Positions 50,547-64,000 of a DNA stretch of 64,000 nucleotides are shown piece by piece. The position numbers and the translations under genes are program-made. Source of the stretch: the human T2T-CHM13v2.0 reference genome, Homo sapiens; assembly GCF_009914755.1 (NCBI RefSeq), contig NC_060925.1; one strand, written 5' to 3'. How positions within the stretch are numbered: the first letter of the stretch is position 1; every line of letters begins with the position of its first letter. The notes beneath the pieces are model-generated. The model saw only the letters and a program-made list of their open reading frames with translations. It did no database searches and was not told the origin of the DNA.

Positions 50547-51769
50547 GGACTTTATTTATTTAGTAAACAGTATCTAGAAATAACTTCCAGCAAACATTAT
50601 ACAGAATGGTAAAATATTAAAAATTTTTCCTCTAAAATCAAGAACAAAGTAAAAAATGCCAGTGTTACTTACATTTGACATGTACAAGAGGTCCTAGTCA
50701 ATGCAATAAGGCAAGAAAAAGCCAAAACATGTGAGGATTTTAATGGAATGAATGACAGAAGTCTAGTCCTCTTCCCTTTCAAAATAAGCTGTGGCTTCCA
50801 GAAAAAAAAAAAAAAGAGAAAGGATGATGGGAATGAAAACAACAGCAGATATCTACTATGTTTCTCTAGATGAAAATAAATATAGTTACTCTGTTTTTAG
50901 CTGACAACTAGTCAGTGTCAGGATATTGATGAACCTCAGTCCGTCAATCAGAAAAACTACTGCTATCATCACACAGAAGGGGTTAGAATTCAAGCTGTAC
51001 TGCCTGCTAGCTGTAGGACCTTTGACAGGTCATATAGCATGTCTAGCATTTAGATCCTTCATCTGCAAAATGTGGGTGGCAGAAGTACTTGCTTCCTCTG
51101 CCTGTATGAAGATTAAATAAAATTATACAATGTAATAACCCTAACATATAAATACAAAATAAACGTTAGATGAATTTTACTGAAATTATTAGTAACAACT
51201 CCAAAGCCTTGGTTCCTTCAGTTAAGGCGACCACTGAAGTTAATCTCATGTGAAAATAAATTATACCCCAAATTTAACACAAACAACTATAACAGGTGAT
51301 CTGGAACTGAAAATAATAACAAAAAATTAATGAAGCTTACATTAATGAGATATTTAAATATTACCTTACTTTTTTCAAAAAGTGTTCCTTTTCTCTCTCT
51401 TTCCCATGATTTTTTTAAAAAAAGCTTTTAATTGCTGCAAACCGGCAGAAAAATACTTATTTATATCTTAAAGGTACTGCTCAATGAATTTTCACAAACT
51501 AAACACGTCCATGTAACCAACACCCAGATCAAATTCTTCCCATGATTTGATCATTCAGAAAATCTTTGACAAAGAGGTTGACAAACTCAAGCTGGAGTCA
51601 GACAACCCAGATGCTAATTCTGGCTCTAATAGGGATGCACTGGTTGACTTAAATTAGCTCCTTCCCTACATCCTTTGCATCCTAATTTTTCTCATGTGGA
51701 AACTAAGAGCAACACATTCCCCTGCCCCTCCAACCTCTTGTTTCACAGTGGAGTTCCAGGACCATAACT

Positions 51770-52700
51770 GCAGGCAACCAAAACCGTCTTCCTAAAGCTC
51801 CCTCTCCTTTAGCTTCCATGAGTCTAGACCTTCCTGAATTTCATCCACTGCCCCCGGATTATTGCTTAGTTTAGTTTCTGTTCATCTTTGAATGAAGACA
51901 TTTCCCAAGATTCTGTTCTGCCCCCAACTCTCCTCAGTTTCTCATTAAATTTCTCACTGCACTTTCTCATTCAATTCCTGGTTAGTTTCATCTGATCACC
52001 TCCATGTCCAGACTTCCAAGTGCAAAATCCAACCCTAATTTTTCTCCCCAACTCCAGTCCAAGATTTTCAACTACCTGCTGATATCTTCAAGTCCTGTTG
52101 ATACATCAGTCCCAATCTATCAAAAGAGAAATCATCTTTCCTCCCCATACCTTCTCCCTATGTTATATTCTTTACTTTGATTACCACTTCTGGTCACCTC
52201 TGTAAGACACCTGGGAATCATCAGCTTTCTCTGGTTCACTTGCCAAATCTTGTTAATTCTACCACCCCAATATCCTTTGAAATGTCCCTTTGTCACTATG
52301 CCTACCCCACTTCTCTAATTCAGTTCATCTGCCTGAGGGATTTCAAGAGTTTCCTGACTGATCTGCTACTCATGGATCTAATTTCTGCAATGCATCTTTC
52401 ATTCTCTAATGGACTTCTTTTCCTAAAGGTGTGTCAGATCATGAAAATTTCCTGCCTTTAGTCATCCTACATAAAAGCAGAATAAAGAACAAACTCCTTG
52501 GCCTGTCAACCTAAAAGGACGGTTCCTTTCCAGAACCATCCACCATGAAATAGCATCATACAAATTACACTGGAGCCTCACCAGAGTGTGCACTGTTCCT
52601 GCATTTCCATAAACCCATGATTTTCTAACTTTTTGCCTCTTCTGTACTCACCAAAGTGATATGTATCCTTAAATTTCTTCCCTGGCCTTCACAATCAGAA
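51770..52700 (+). mobile_element. L2 LINE fragment
   Basis: Pyrimidine-rich sense L2 motifs (AGCTTCCATGA, TCCCCAACTCCAG, TTCCTAAA-GTGTCAGATCATG); approximate. Confidence 0.65.
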
Positions 52701-53109
52701 TAAATTAGCCCTTCATTTCAGAACCAACACCACTTTTTTTTAATACATATATAAGAACTTAAAAATAAAACTACTTTTGTCTACTTTGTGTCAAGCATTT
52801 GAATAGGTACTTTATATGCTATAATTCATTTAATCCTCATTAGTTGAATCTTCACAGCAACTTTACATTTTAGAGATGAGAAACTTGGTCTAATTAAGGC
52901 TGAATGGTTCACCCGAGGTCTTACTAAAGTGAAGTAAACGTAGGAGCCAGGATCAGAATCCAAGACTTTGGGATTCCAAAGTCAATTTTCTTTATACTTC
53001 GCAAAATAATTTCTACAGCTAATTGTTTATATGTGTCTCCCTAAAAGACTGCAAGCTCTCAGCTGAGAATGTGAATAATCTATTTCAGCCCACTACCTCA
53101 ACCCTGCAA

Positions 53110-53126
53110 ACACACAGACACACACA

Positions 53127-53164
<38 letters not shown>
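53110..53164. repeat. (CA)n microsatellite
   Basis: Directly visible. Confidence 0.95.
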
Positions 53165-53167
<3 letters not shown>

Positions 53168-53455
53168 ACACCCTAATTGGGTTACTTCCACAACAGTTTG
53201 ACTCTGTAACTGTTGAGGAGGTGAATGAATAAATTATCAAGGTTCTTACATTAATACCTACTCAGATCTTATGATAGATATTAATGACAAAAGAGGTATT
53301 TCTGTACCTGTCTCTGCGGAACTTGCAAACACAGAAAAGAACAATAACAAAATAACATCAGTTGTAGCATTTACTAGTCCAGAAATAGCTCACCTATGAA
53401 ACAAACACAATTTTAATTCATTTTCCCCATCCCCTAATAGGAAAATAGTTCTTTC

Positions 53456-54093
53456 TGTGGGGGCCAAGGGAAAACTTCCCTGTCACACTCTGAAGGTTCA
53501 CTGAAAATCACTGACAAAAGGCAGATTAACAAGAGAAAAGGCATACAAATTCATTTGGTCATAGTTTTGCATGACACGGGAGCCTTCAGAATGAAGAGCC
53601 AAAGAGACAGGAGAAATTGTCCATTTTTATGCTTAGATTCAACAAAGGATGAACAGCTGTGTTGAAACACGATTGGGCAAAAAGGGAATGATCTAATGGT
53701 AACAGACTGAGTGGGGAAGCTCAGCAACGCCTGTCTGTTTAGATTTCTGGGCCTCTCTGAAGCTTTCCTTCCTTCTGGGTATGAGGCAGGCCCCTCTCTG
53801 GAATGCAGGTGTTATGACCTACAGTCAAACAAGTCAGATAAGTTCTTTACGGCTAGTTTTTATACAGAAGTGGGGAGGAGTGTAGGGGGCAGTTAGAGTA
53901 GTATTTTTAGGTTTTATGGCTGGCTTTAGGGGAAAGGGGTTCTGGCTTCTATGACCCGCCTTCAGGAAGGGGAATTCTAGTTTCTATGCCTAACCTTGGG
54001 GGAGAGTAAGAGGCCAGAGACAGGAGGGAACGAGGTCAGAGAAACATGCTTCTGAGTCCCTCATATTGGGATATCATTTTCTGAGCTTTAACA
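53456..54093 (-). mobile_element. MER4-group ERV1 solo LTR (MER39/LTR39-like; exact family uncertain)
   Basis: TG...CA ends with 4-bp TSD TTTC (53452-53455, 54094-54097); GACAAAAGGCAGATTAA, TTTTAGGTTTTATGGCTGGCTTT motifs. Confidence 0.8.
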
Positions 54094-54220
54094 TTTCTGT
54101 AAGAATAATGACAACTAATTTGAGGTGCAGCACTAAAAATAGAAGGAATCTAGCAGCTCTTGAGGGGTCCATCCTGAGTTGCTTTGTTCTGATCACTTAG
54201 CATGTGATCTTGCTACCTAG

Positions 54221-54645
<425 letters not shown>

Positions 54646-56142
54646 TGAGTTCTGCTTCTTTCCAAGATAGATCCTCTGGTTTTCTGTTGATTCTGTGAGC
54701 ACCAGGTACTCCAAAGAATATCATTTCAACAAACAGTTTTCTGTTTAAACCAATCAAAGTAAGATCCTATGGCTTGAAATTAAGAATCTTGCCTGACATA
54801 ATCCCTGTCTCTTGATAAACACAAACAGGCAATCACCAAACCAGTGCCATAACTCCACAACTCAATTTTTAAAAATTAAAATATAATAAATCCCCTCTCT
54901 TTTCATTTATTCGTTCGTTCATGGCAGGTACATTTCTAGATAATGAAGATACAGTTATAAATTTTGATGGATTTTACAATTTTCATATCTTTGTTATTGG
55001 CAACCAAAGGGTATAACATGCACAGTCCAGACAAGGAAGTTAATCAGAAACAGTAAAAACTTATCTTCCCGAAATGATAACCTGAAGGTCAAATACAACA
55101 GGAGCTACTCTTGCCCTTTCAAATGGCCAACAATCTGAAGATATCAACTAAATGCCAAATATTACCAAAAGTAAATACTATAGGAGTTGCCCAGTTTGTT
55201 AGGTGAGAGTTTAAAGGAAACTTTAGAAAGAATGAGCCTGAAATGATGGGAGGAACACAGGTGTGTATAGAGAAGGAGGGATGGAACCATTTATGGTGAA
55301 ATTTTCTCAGAAATGGCACAAAGAAAGGAGCTCAAGAATCACAGTCAACACCCAAGGAGGAGGGTAATTCATTGGATTGAAAGGATCCCAGAGGAATAAA
55401 AAGTTGTAGAAGAAAAGACCAAACTATTGCATTTGCTCACCAAGTTCTAGAGAATTATTTTATCCTCTAGGTCACAGAGATGGGCTGCAGGGGGTGGATA
55501 GATAAGATGTGGTGTGCAAGTTCTTAAAATATGTACTGCATATCATACATTTTAGGTGGGTATTGGACAATTTTCTTAGTGAATAAAGAGGAAATTCATT
55601 TAGCAAAAATCAAAATTAAGGTAACTCTAGCATTCTTTTTCCTTTCTCTCTGAAAAGGTAATAATTGTGATATCTGCCAATTTATAATAGAAATGTTTAA
55701 AAACAAAAGAATTAAACTTAGAGAGTTCTCCTTAAAAGTCAGACAAATTTATCAACAAAAGAGAAGAAACCATTGTCTCAAGTGTCTTTTTGTTGTTTCT
55801 TTATTCTTCTTATTTTCTGCAAAAAAAAAAAAGAATGAGCCTATGAAAAGCAATGTTAATGATGGCACACTCTGGGGTTTTCACTAATGTTTTAAATAGG
55901 CTTTACATAGAGCAGCAATTATGTGAGATGATATAGTTAAACAGTATCGATAATAAAATATTCCATTTGAGCACCTCAAAATACTTTGGACTAATTCATA
56001 TTAGAACATCTTGCTATCAGAACTGTTGAGTTTAAAATAATATACACATATGTATATGTATACTCATATATTATATAAACACAGTTACACAAAAGTAAAT
56101 TTATTTATTAATAGATTCATCCCTTTTTATCTATGGTCATAA

Positions 56143-56495
<353 letters not shown>

Positions 56496-56581
56496 GCATT
56501 TGTCATCATTTTTTAACATCTTTCTTATTCATAAACCAATTAGCTAGTGGGAAAAAATTAATTAGCATTTGTAGGATATAC

Positions 56582-56876
56582 TTTTTTTTTTTTTGAGACA
56601 GAGTCTTGTTCTGTTGTCTAGGCTGGAGTGCACTGACACGACCTTGGCTCACTTCAGCCTCCACCCCCCAGGTTCAAGTGATTCTCCTACCTCAGCCTCC
56701 TGAACTACAGGCATGCAACCACCACACCCAGCTAATTTTTGTATTTTTGTATTTTTAGTAGAGACAGAGTTTCACCATCTTGCCCAGTCCAGTCTCGAAC
56801 TCTAGACCTCAGGTGATCCACCCACCTCAGCCTCCCAAAGTGTTGGGATTACAGGCGTGAGCCACTGCACCTGGCC
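56582..56876 (-). mobile_element. Alu SINE (S-type)
   Basis: Antisense Alu; TSD AGGATATACT. Confidence 0.94.
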
Positions 56877-57346
56877 AGGATATACTATCTTGATTTTTTC
56901 CTAATCTTAACTTTAAAGATGCTCCTATGAATAATACTAATAAGGTCCCAGGTAATGAGAGAGAACAAAGGGTAAAGAGTCTTGGTAATTCCCAGGCTAG
57001 ACAAATATTAATAGACCTATGGAGAGGTACAAGACAGCTGACTTGTTAGAACTGTGCAGTTTGTTACTCAAGCCAAAAATTTGGCAGTAATTTCTAGACA
57101 GTAATTTCGTAAGTGTTTTTTTTTTTTACATTTATGCCCCCATGTTTAACCCACTAGCAAATTCAGTTGACTCAGCCCCCAAAACACACCTGAGATAATC
57201 TATTTCTAGGCATCCCCATTATAATCACCCTGGTCCCATGGACCATTATTTCTGGCCTGAACTAATGCAACAGCTTCTTAATTGGTTTTGCTGTTGCCAT
57301 TCTTACCCAGTTACGATCCATTTGCCCCATGACTTAAAGAATGAAC

Positions 57347-57601
57347 TTTTTTTTTTTTTTTTTGAGACAGAGTTTCGCTCTGTCACCAGGCTGGGGTGCA
57401 GTGGCGCTCGGCTCACTGCAGCCTCCCCTTCCTGGGTTCAAGCTATTCTCCTCCCTCCGTCTCCTGAGTAGCTGGGATTACAGGTGCCCACCACCACACC
57501 TGGTTAATTTTTGTATTTTTAGTAAAGATGGGGTTTCACCATGTTGGCCAGGATGGTATCAATCTCTTGACCTCGTGATCTGCCCACCTCAGCCTCCCAA
57601 A
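57347..57601 (-). mobile_element. AluSc-like SINE, 5'-truncated
   Basis: Ends at CTCCCAAAG; TSD AAGAATGAACTTTT. Confidence 0.94.
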
Positions 57602-57944
57602 GAATGAACTTTTAAATACTTAACCAGATGGCTTCATTCTTCTTTTAAAAGTTTCTCATTGGGTTCACATTGCTATCAGTAAATTAGGAACTTCTTACTT
57701 TGGCATACAACGTGAGAAGATGGAACTGCCATCTATGTGCCCAATCTTATTCTTTGTCACGGTCTTTTTCATGTACCATACTCCCAGCTGCCCTTCCTCA
57801 GTTCCTCAAACACACCAATCCCATTTCCTCCTTACGGCATTGGGACTAGCTCTCACATGATTTGAAACTCTCTTCCTGCTCACCTCTCCATGTTAACCCT
57901 AACTTAAATGTCACCCCCTTAGGCCATGGGAACACCCAATTTAA

Positions 57945-58347
<403 letters not shown>

Positions 58348-59019
58348 CTCTTTGTTTCTTTCTTTCTCTCTCTCTCTTTCTTTCCCCTTTCCCTTCTAAA
58401 GATCAAGAATTATGCATGCTTTGTTCATCACTGTGCCAGGTATGGAGTATGCACTTTAAAATGCATATATATATATGCGTAAATATACAGCTATGTACAT
58501 ATAGTTTACATTTTGATATCATGCAGACCGATAGCTATGAAATCTGATTATTCATTCAGTGAAGGTTTACTAAACACCTATATATTCCAGGCACTGGAAT
58601 ATGAGACAGACAAGACTACTGTCTTCATGCAGCCCACATTTAGCTCAGGGAGACAGAGAACTAACAAACAAATGAACAAACAAAAGAAAATTTCAGGCTG
58701 TAATAACTGCTAGGAATAAAATTAAAAAGGTAATATCAAAGAAAGTTATAATGGACTTGTTCAAAAAGCTTCATTAACCAAACGCACCAAAAGAATCAAT
58801 TGAAATGTTCAAGTAGAAGACATTTTGCAATTTTTAAATATCTTATTCTCCAAAATCTTCCACACGTTTGGAAGCAGTTGTCCATAAACTACCTTCGAAT
58901 GAAACATCCACTAAATTACTGCCACTAGAAAAAGAAAAGACTGGCTCAATGCTCAAGATTAAAATGCAGGCTGACACTTTCTGCTTTACTTGTTTTGGGG
59001 TTGTGTGGAGAAATGCTGA

Positions 59020-59319
<300 letters not shown>

Positions 59320-60572
59320 CATCTTTGCCTTTTTTGAAAATAGAAAGAGTAGTAATTCTTGCATTGAGAATATGACATAATCCCAACCCCAAACCATGAG
59401 TCTCATGGCCATGTCTAAGCCACGCCCTGACGATAGGGTTGGGATGACTACGCCAGGCTTAGTAATGCACAGGGACAGGAGGCATTTCGGAACCACACCA
59501 CGACACTGCTGGCAAGAAAGATGGGAAAACGGCAGCAATTCTGTCTGCTGTGCTTTGTGTGTGTGTTCTACCTGGCTGATTGAATTTCCTCCCAACACCT
59601 ACCTCAGATGTGTTGTCTAGGTGAAAATAAGCACTTCAATGAGCTGGTCTAATTTTAATCCTCAGCCCTTCCCAGTCAGCCCCGCCCCCATGTAGTTACC
59701 TCCGTCATGACAAAGAGGAACATCCCAGGTGCAAATCTAGCACAGTTTCCCTATTTCACCTGTGTCCCCCTCCCCATCTTCATGCCAGCATCAGAAACAA
59801 GAGTCCAAACATCCTCGGCAACACTACAGAAGCTGTTCAAACAATCCCTGTGTTCTTTCCAATTTGCCGACGTGGTCTGGCAAACAAAGAGATTTCTTTG
59901 TTTCTCTAAGAAACAAAGGTTTCGTAAGAGAAACCTTAAGAGATGATAAATACAATTAATAGAGAGATAGCCAGGCAAGGTAAGAGAATGCTTGACTGTT
60001 TTAACTGCTTATCCTGTGCTGTAACAGCTTACCTAAGAGATGTCAGAGGGACGGACAGAAACCTATCAGCGCTCAGGCAGAACAGGTGCTCCAGTGGAGG
60101 CAAGGACTGCGCCTGCATCTGTCCATGCAGAAACTATGTTCTCATGGATACAGGCTGATGATAGTAAATTCTGGTGGGCTATTTACTGGTGGAGTGTCTG
60201 TTCCCAAAGAAAATTAATTATTAAATCAGTGTCAACTTAGAGAGATGTCTCTAGTGGTCTGCCGCAGGGCACTGTCTGGGGCACTGTCTGAGGCACTGTC
60301 CACTCTGCCACTTTTAACAGTGCTTTGATGGCCTGGGGCACACAGATGACACACTTATCTATGTGTGATAACGCTCAGCCTAGAGGAACACAGAATGTAT
60401 TGAATAAAGGGATCTGATTCAGATAAGTGGGCATAATGGAAATTTAGCAAGGTGATATTTAACAAACCGCGAGCTTACCTTAAAAATAAAAATGAAATCC
60501 CCATGAGAATGGATGGGGAGAATGTAATAAACATTAGTACAAATAAGACTTAGGAGTTTTAATTTACCATTA

Positions 60573-61036
<464 letters not shown>

Positions 61037-61239
61037 TTATTGGTATCTCCATTCTATAGGTGAAGAACAGATGTAAAGTAACTTAAAATGAATCAATAAT
61101 GTAATGTCATTGTCAAAAAGTATTAATGTGATCTTAGAGAATAGGGTCCAGAACATGAGAATTGATAAAGCTTCTCTAACTGCACTTAAATTATTGTATT
61201 CTGTTTTGGGCAAAATGGAGCCTTGAGGAAAAAGGTTAG

Positions 61240-61563
<324 letters not shown>

Positions 61564-61994
61564 CCAGGAATGCAACCATTTTTAAAGAGGAACAATGAAT
61601 AGAAAAGTCTGATGGATTTATGGCTAAATAACAGAAAGAAGGGTAGAACATGAGAGTTTGAGTGAGGACTTCAAACCCTTCGTAAAGTTCAGTTTAAATA
61701 GCATGAAACATATGCCCTGCTGCTTTGGAGTGTGGCCATGAAAATAATAGCAAACACATTCCATGGAATATTTACTATGACTTTCCCAGATTACAAAGTA
61801 CAAGGATTAGATGTGGAAAAGAATAAATAGAAGCTCAATAAAAAGCAAAGCTTTCTAGTGGGATTGCTTTGTGAGATGGGAATCATGCCTCACTGAGGAT
61901 GTGCAGGCAGTGGCTGAAATCAGATGACACAGGGCGAAGGGACCTCCCCGGATCTCTACTCTGTGAGTCTATAAAGAATAAACTGCAGACACTA

Positions 61995-62387
<393 letters not shown>

Positions 62388-63059
62388 TCACTAGGCTATC
62401 CCCTGCCCACCCAGACTCCATCATGAAATGAAAGGCAGGCATAGCACAATATTAGTCAGATAAGAGTCTCATATTATGTGGGAACCATGCCATTTTATTT
62501 CTGAAACAGCAACTTCATTGTGAGGCTTAGAAATCCCTGAGCTTTGTGGCAACTGAAGACCTGTCACCGTCACCGTAGCTGGAGTAGTGAGCAACACGAG
62601 GTGGTGGGACAAAAGCCATTCCTTTAAGTGTCCTCTGTACCTGACAAAAGAGGACATCACCAAAGACCTAGCATACAGTTGGTACTCATAAAGGTTGGCT
62701 GAATTGAGGCTAATTTTCTAGCTGCAGCACCAGTCCTGTTTATAAAAACCGGTCAAATCAATCTTCTACAAGGAATTGAACTTCGAGCACTTTGAAGTTT
62801 CTAAATGGAAGTCTGTATGTTTCATCAAGCTTAAAAAACAGTCCAAGGCATTGATGTAGCAAGGCGTTATGGTGTCATAGAAAGGAAACTGGACAAAGAG
62901 TTAAAACAAAAACGGATTTGAATCATGGTCTGTCTCGATGCCTCAGTTTCCTAATGTGGAAAACAATTTTATTTTTCACAAGATTCTAAAAATCCAATAT
63001 AATTGCGTTAGGTGAAAAGCATTCTGTGTACGGTGACAAGTTATACAAGTATAAATAAT

Positions 63060-63312
63060 CAATATCATTACTAACAATTACATTATTATTAATTGAATGA
63101 GTGTATTCACCCATTAATCATTACCAATCCATTATTACATGTGTATTATTAATGATTATTATTCAATTATTATATGTATTCATTTATTATACATGTAATA
63201 ATTGAGTAATAAATTATTCAATTATAATTAATAAATAATAGTTAATTATTACATGTGTAATAATTGAATACATGTACTAATTGAGTAATAATAACAAATA
63301 CACATGTAATAA
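63060..63312. repeat. AT-rich quasi-palindromic low-complexity tract at a MIR tail
   Basis: Repeated ATTATTACATGTGTA and TAATTGA(G/A)TA units. Confidence 0.85.
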
Positions 63313-63444
63313 CTGGATACACTGAAGGAAGTGTATTCACTTATGGTTTATAAACATTCCAACATCAGATATGTAATATTTGCCTCTTTGTCATTTAGAA
63401 TAATCTGTATCACTAGTCAAGTGTTTGTATCCAAAACCCAGGAA

Positions 63445-63607
63445 CAGGGTCGACTTCGTGGGTGTGTCACCTGAGAGGTGACACACGGTTCCAAGCTTAA
63501 AGGGCCTTGTGCTTGGTTTAATGCTCTGCTGTTTCCATCCTGAAATTCTTATTAGCGTATGCATTTTTATTTTGTGCTGGACCTCATAAATTATGTAGCC
63601 AGTCCTG
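63445..63607 (+). mobile_element. MER91A-like hAT-Tip100 DNA element
   Basis: CAGGGTCGACTTCGTGGG ... GCTTGGTTTAATGCTCTGCTGT ... AAATTATGTAGCCAGTCCTG. Confidence 0.82.
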
Positions 63608-64000
63608 TGGTGTGAATAAAAGCTGAATCTGAAGCTGCCAGGGTAGGAGAGTTGGAGGAAAAGGTGGGCTTACAGGAGGAAGCTCCTAGCTGTCTGCACA
63701 GGAGGGTAGTACTCAGTTGCATCTGACTGCAGCACTGAATAAGAATCTCAGGGACCTTGGATATCATTCAGACCCATCTCTCATTTCAATTGAAGAAATC
63801 AAGAGTCCCAGATTTTCGGCCATTTGCCCGAGGTGCCCACCTCACCAGCAGGGTGTCCTCTACATTCTGTCTAATGAATGAATGGCCTGCCCTGGAACAT
63901 AAGTAGGGCTTCCGCGTTGTTGTAGGACAGCTTTGTGTTCCAGATCACAGATGTCTCTTTCATAAGCCACACCTCCTCCCACTGCTGTGTGGGCCACAGC

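Overview
Human genomic DNA: a consensus-identical, human-specific AluYa5 sits at 48368-48669. The window is intronic or intergenic and repeat-dense, with about 32 Alus, old and young L1s, L2, MIR, a long L3/CR1 relic, several ERV/MaLR LTRs, hAT/Tc-mariner DNA elements and microsatellites. I recognise no protein-coding exon, rRNA, tRNA or CRISPR array. Almost all supplied ORFs are chance frames over repeats. I found no convincing new biological system. The best leads are local DNA-copying scars (a multi-piece patchwork copy inside an old L1, a 43-bp templated insertion, an indel-free ancient 150-bp duplication), symmetrically perfected transposon hairpins, a mini 3' transduction on an L1PA2, young Alus, and a few speculative exon or promoter candidates. 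Repeat subfamily names come from my recollection of consensus sequences, and the boundaries of old elements are approximate.
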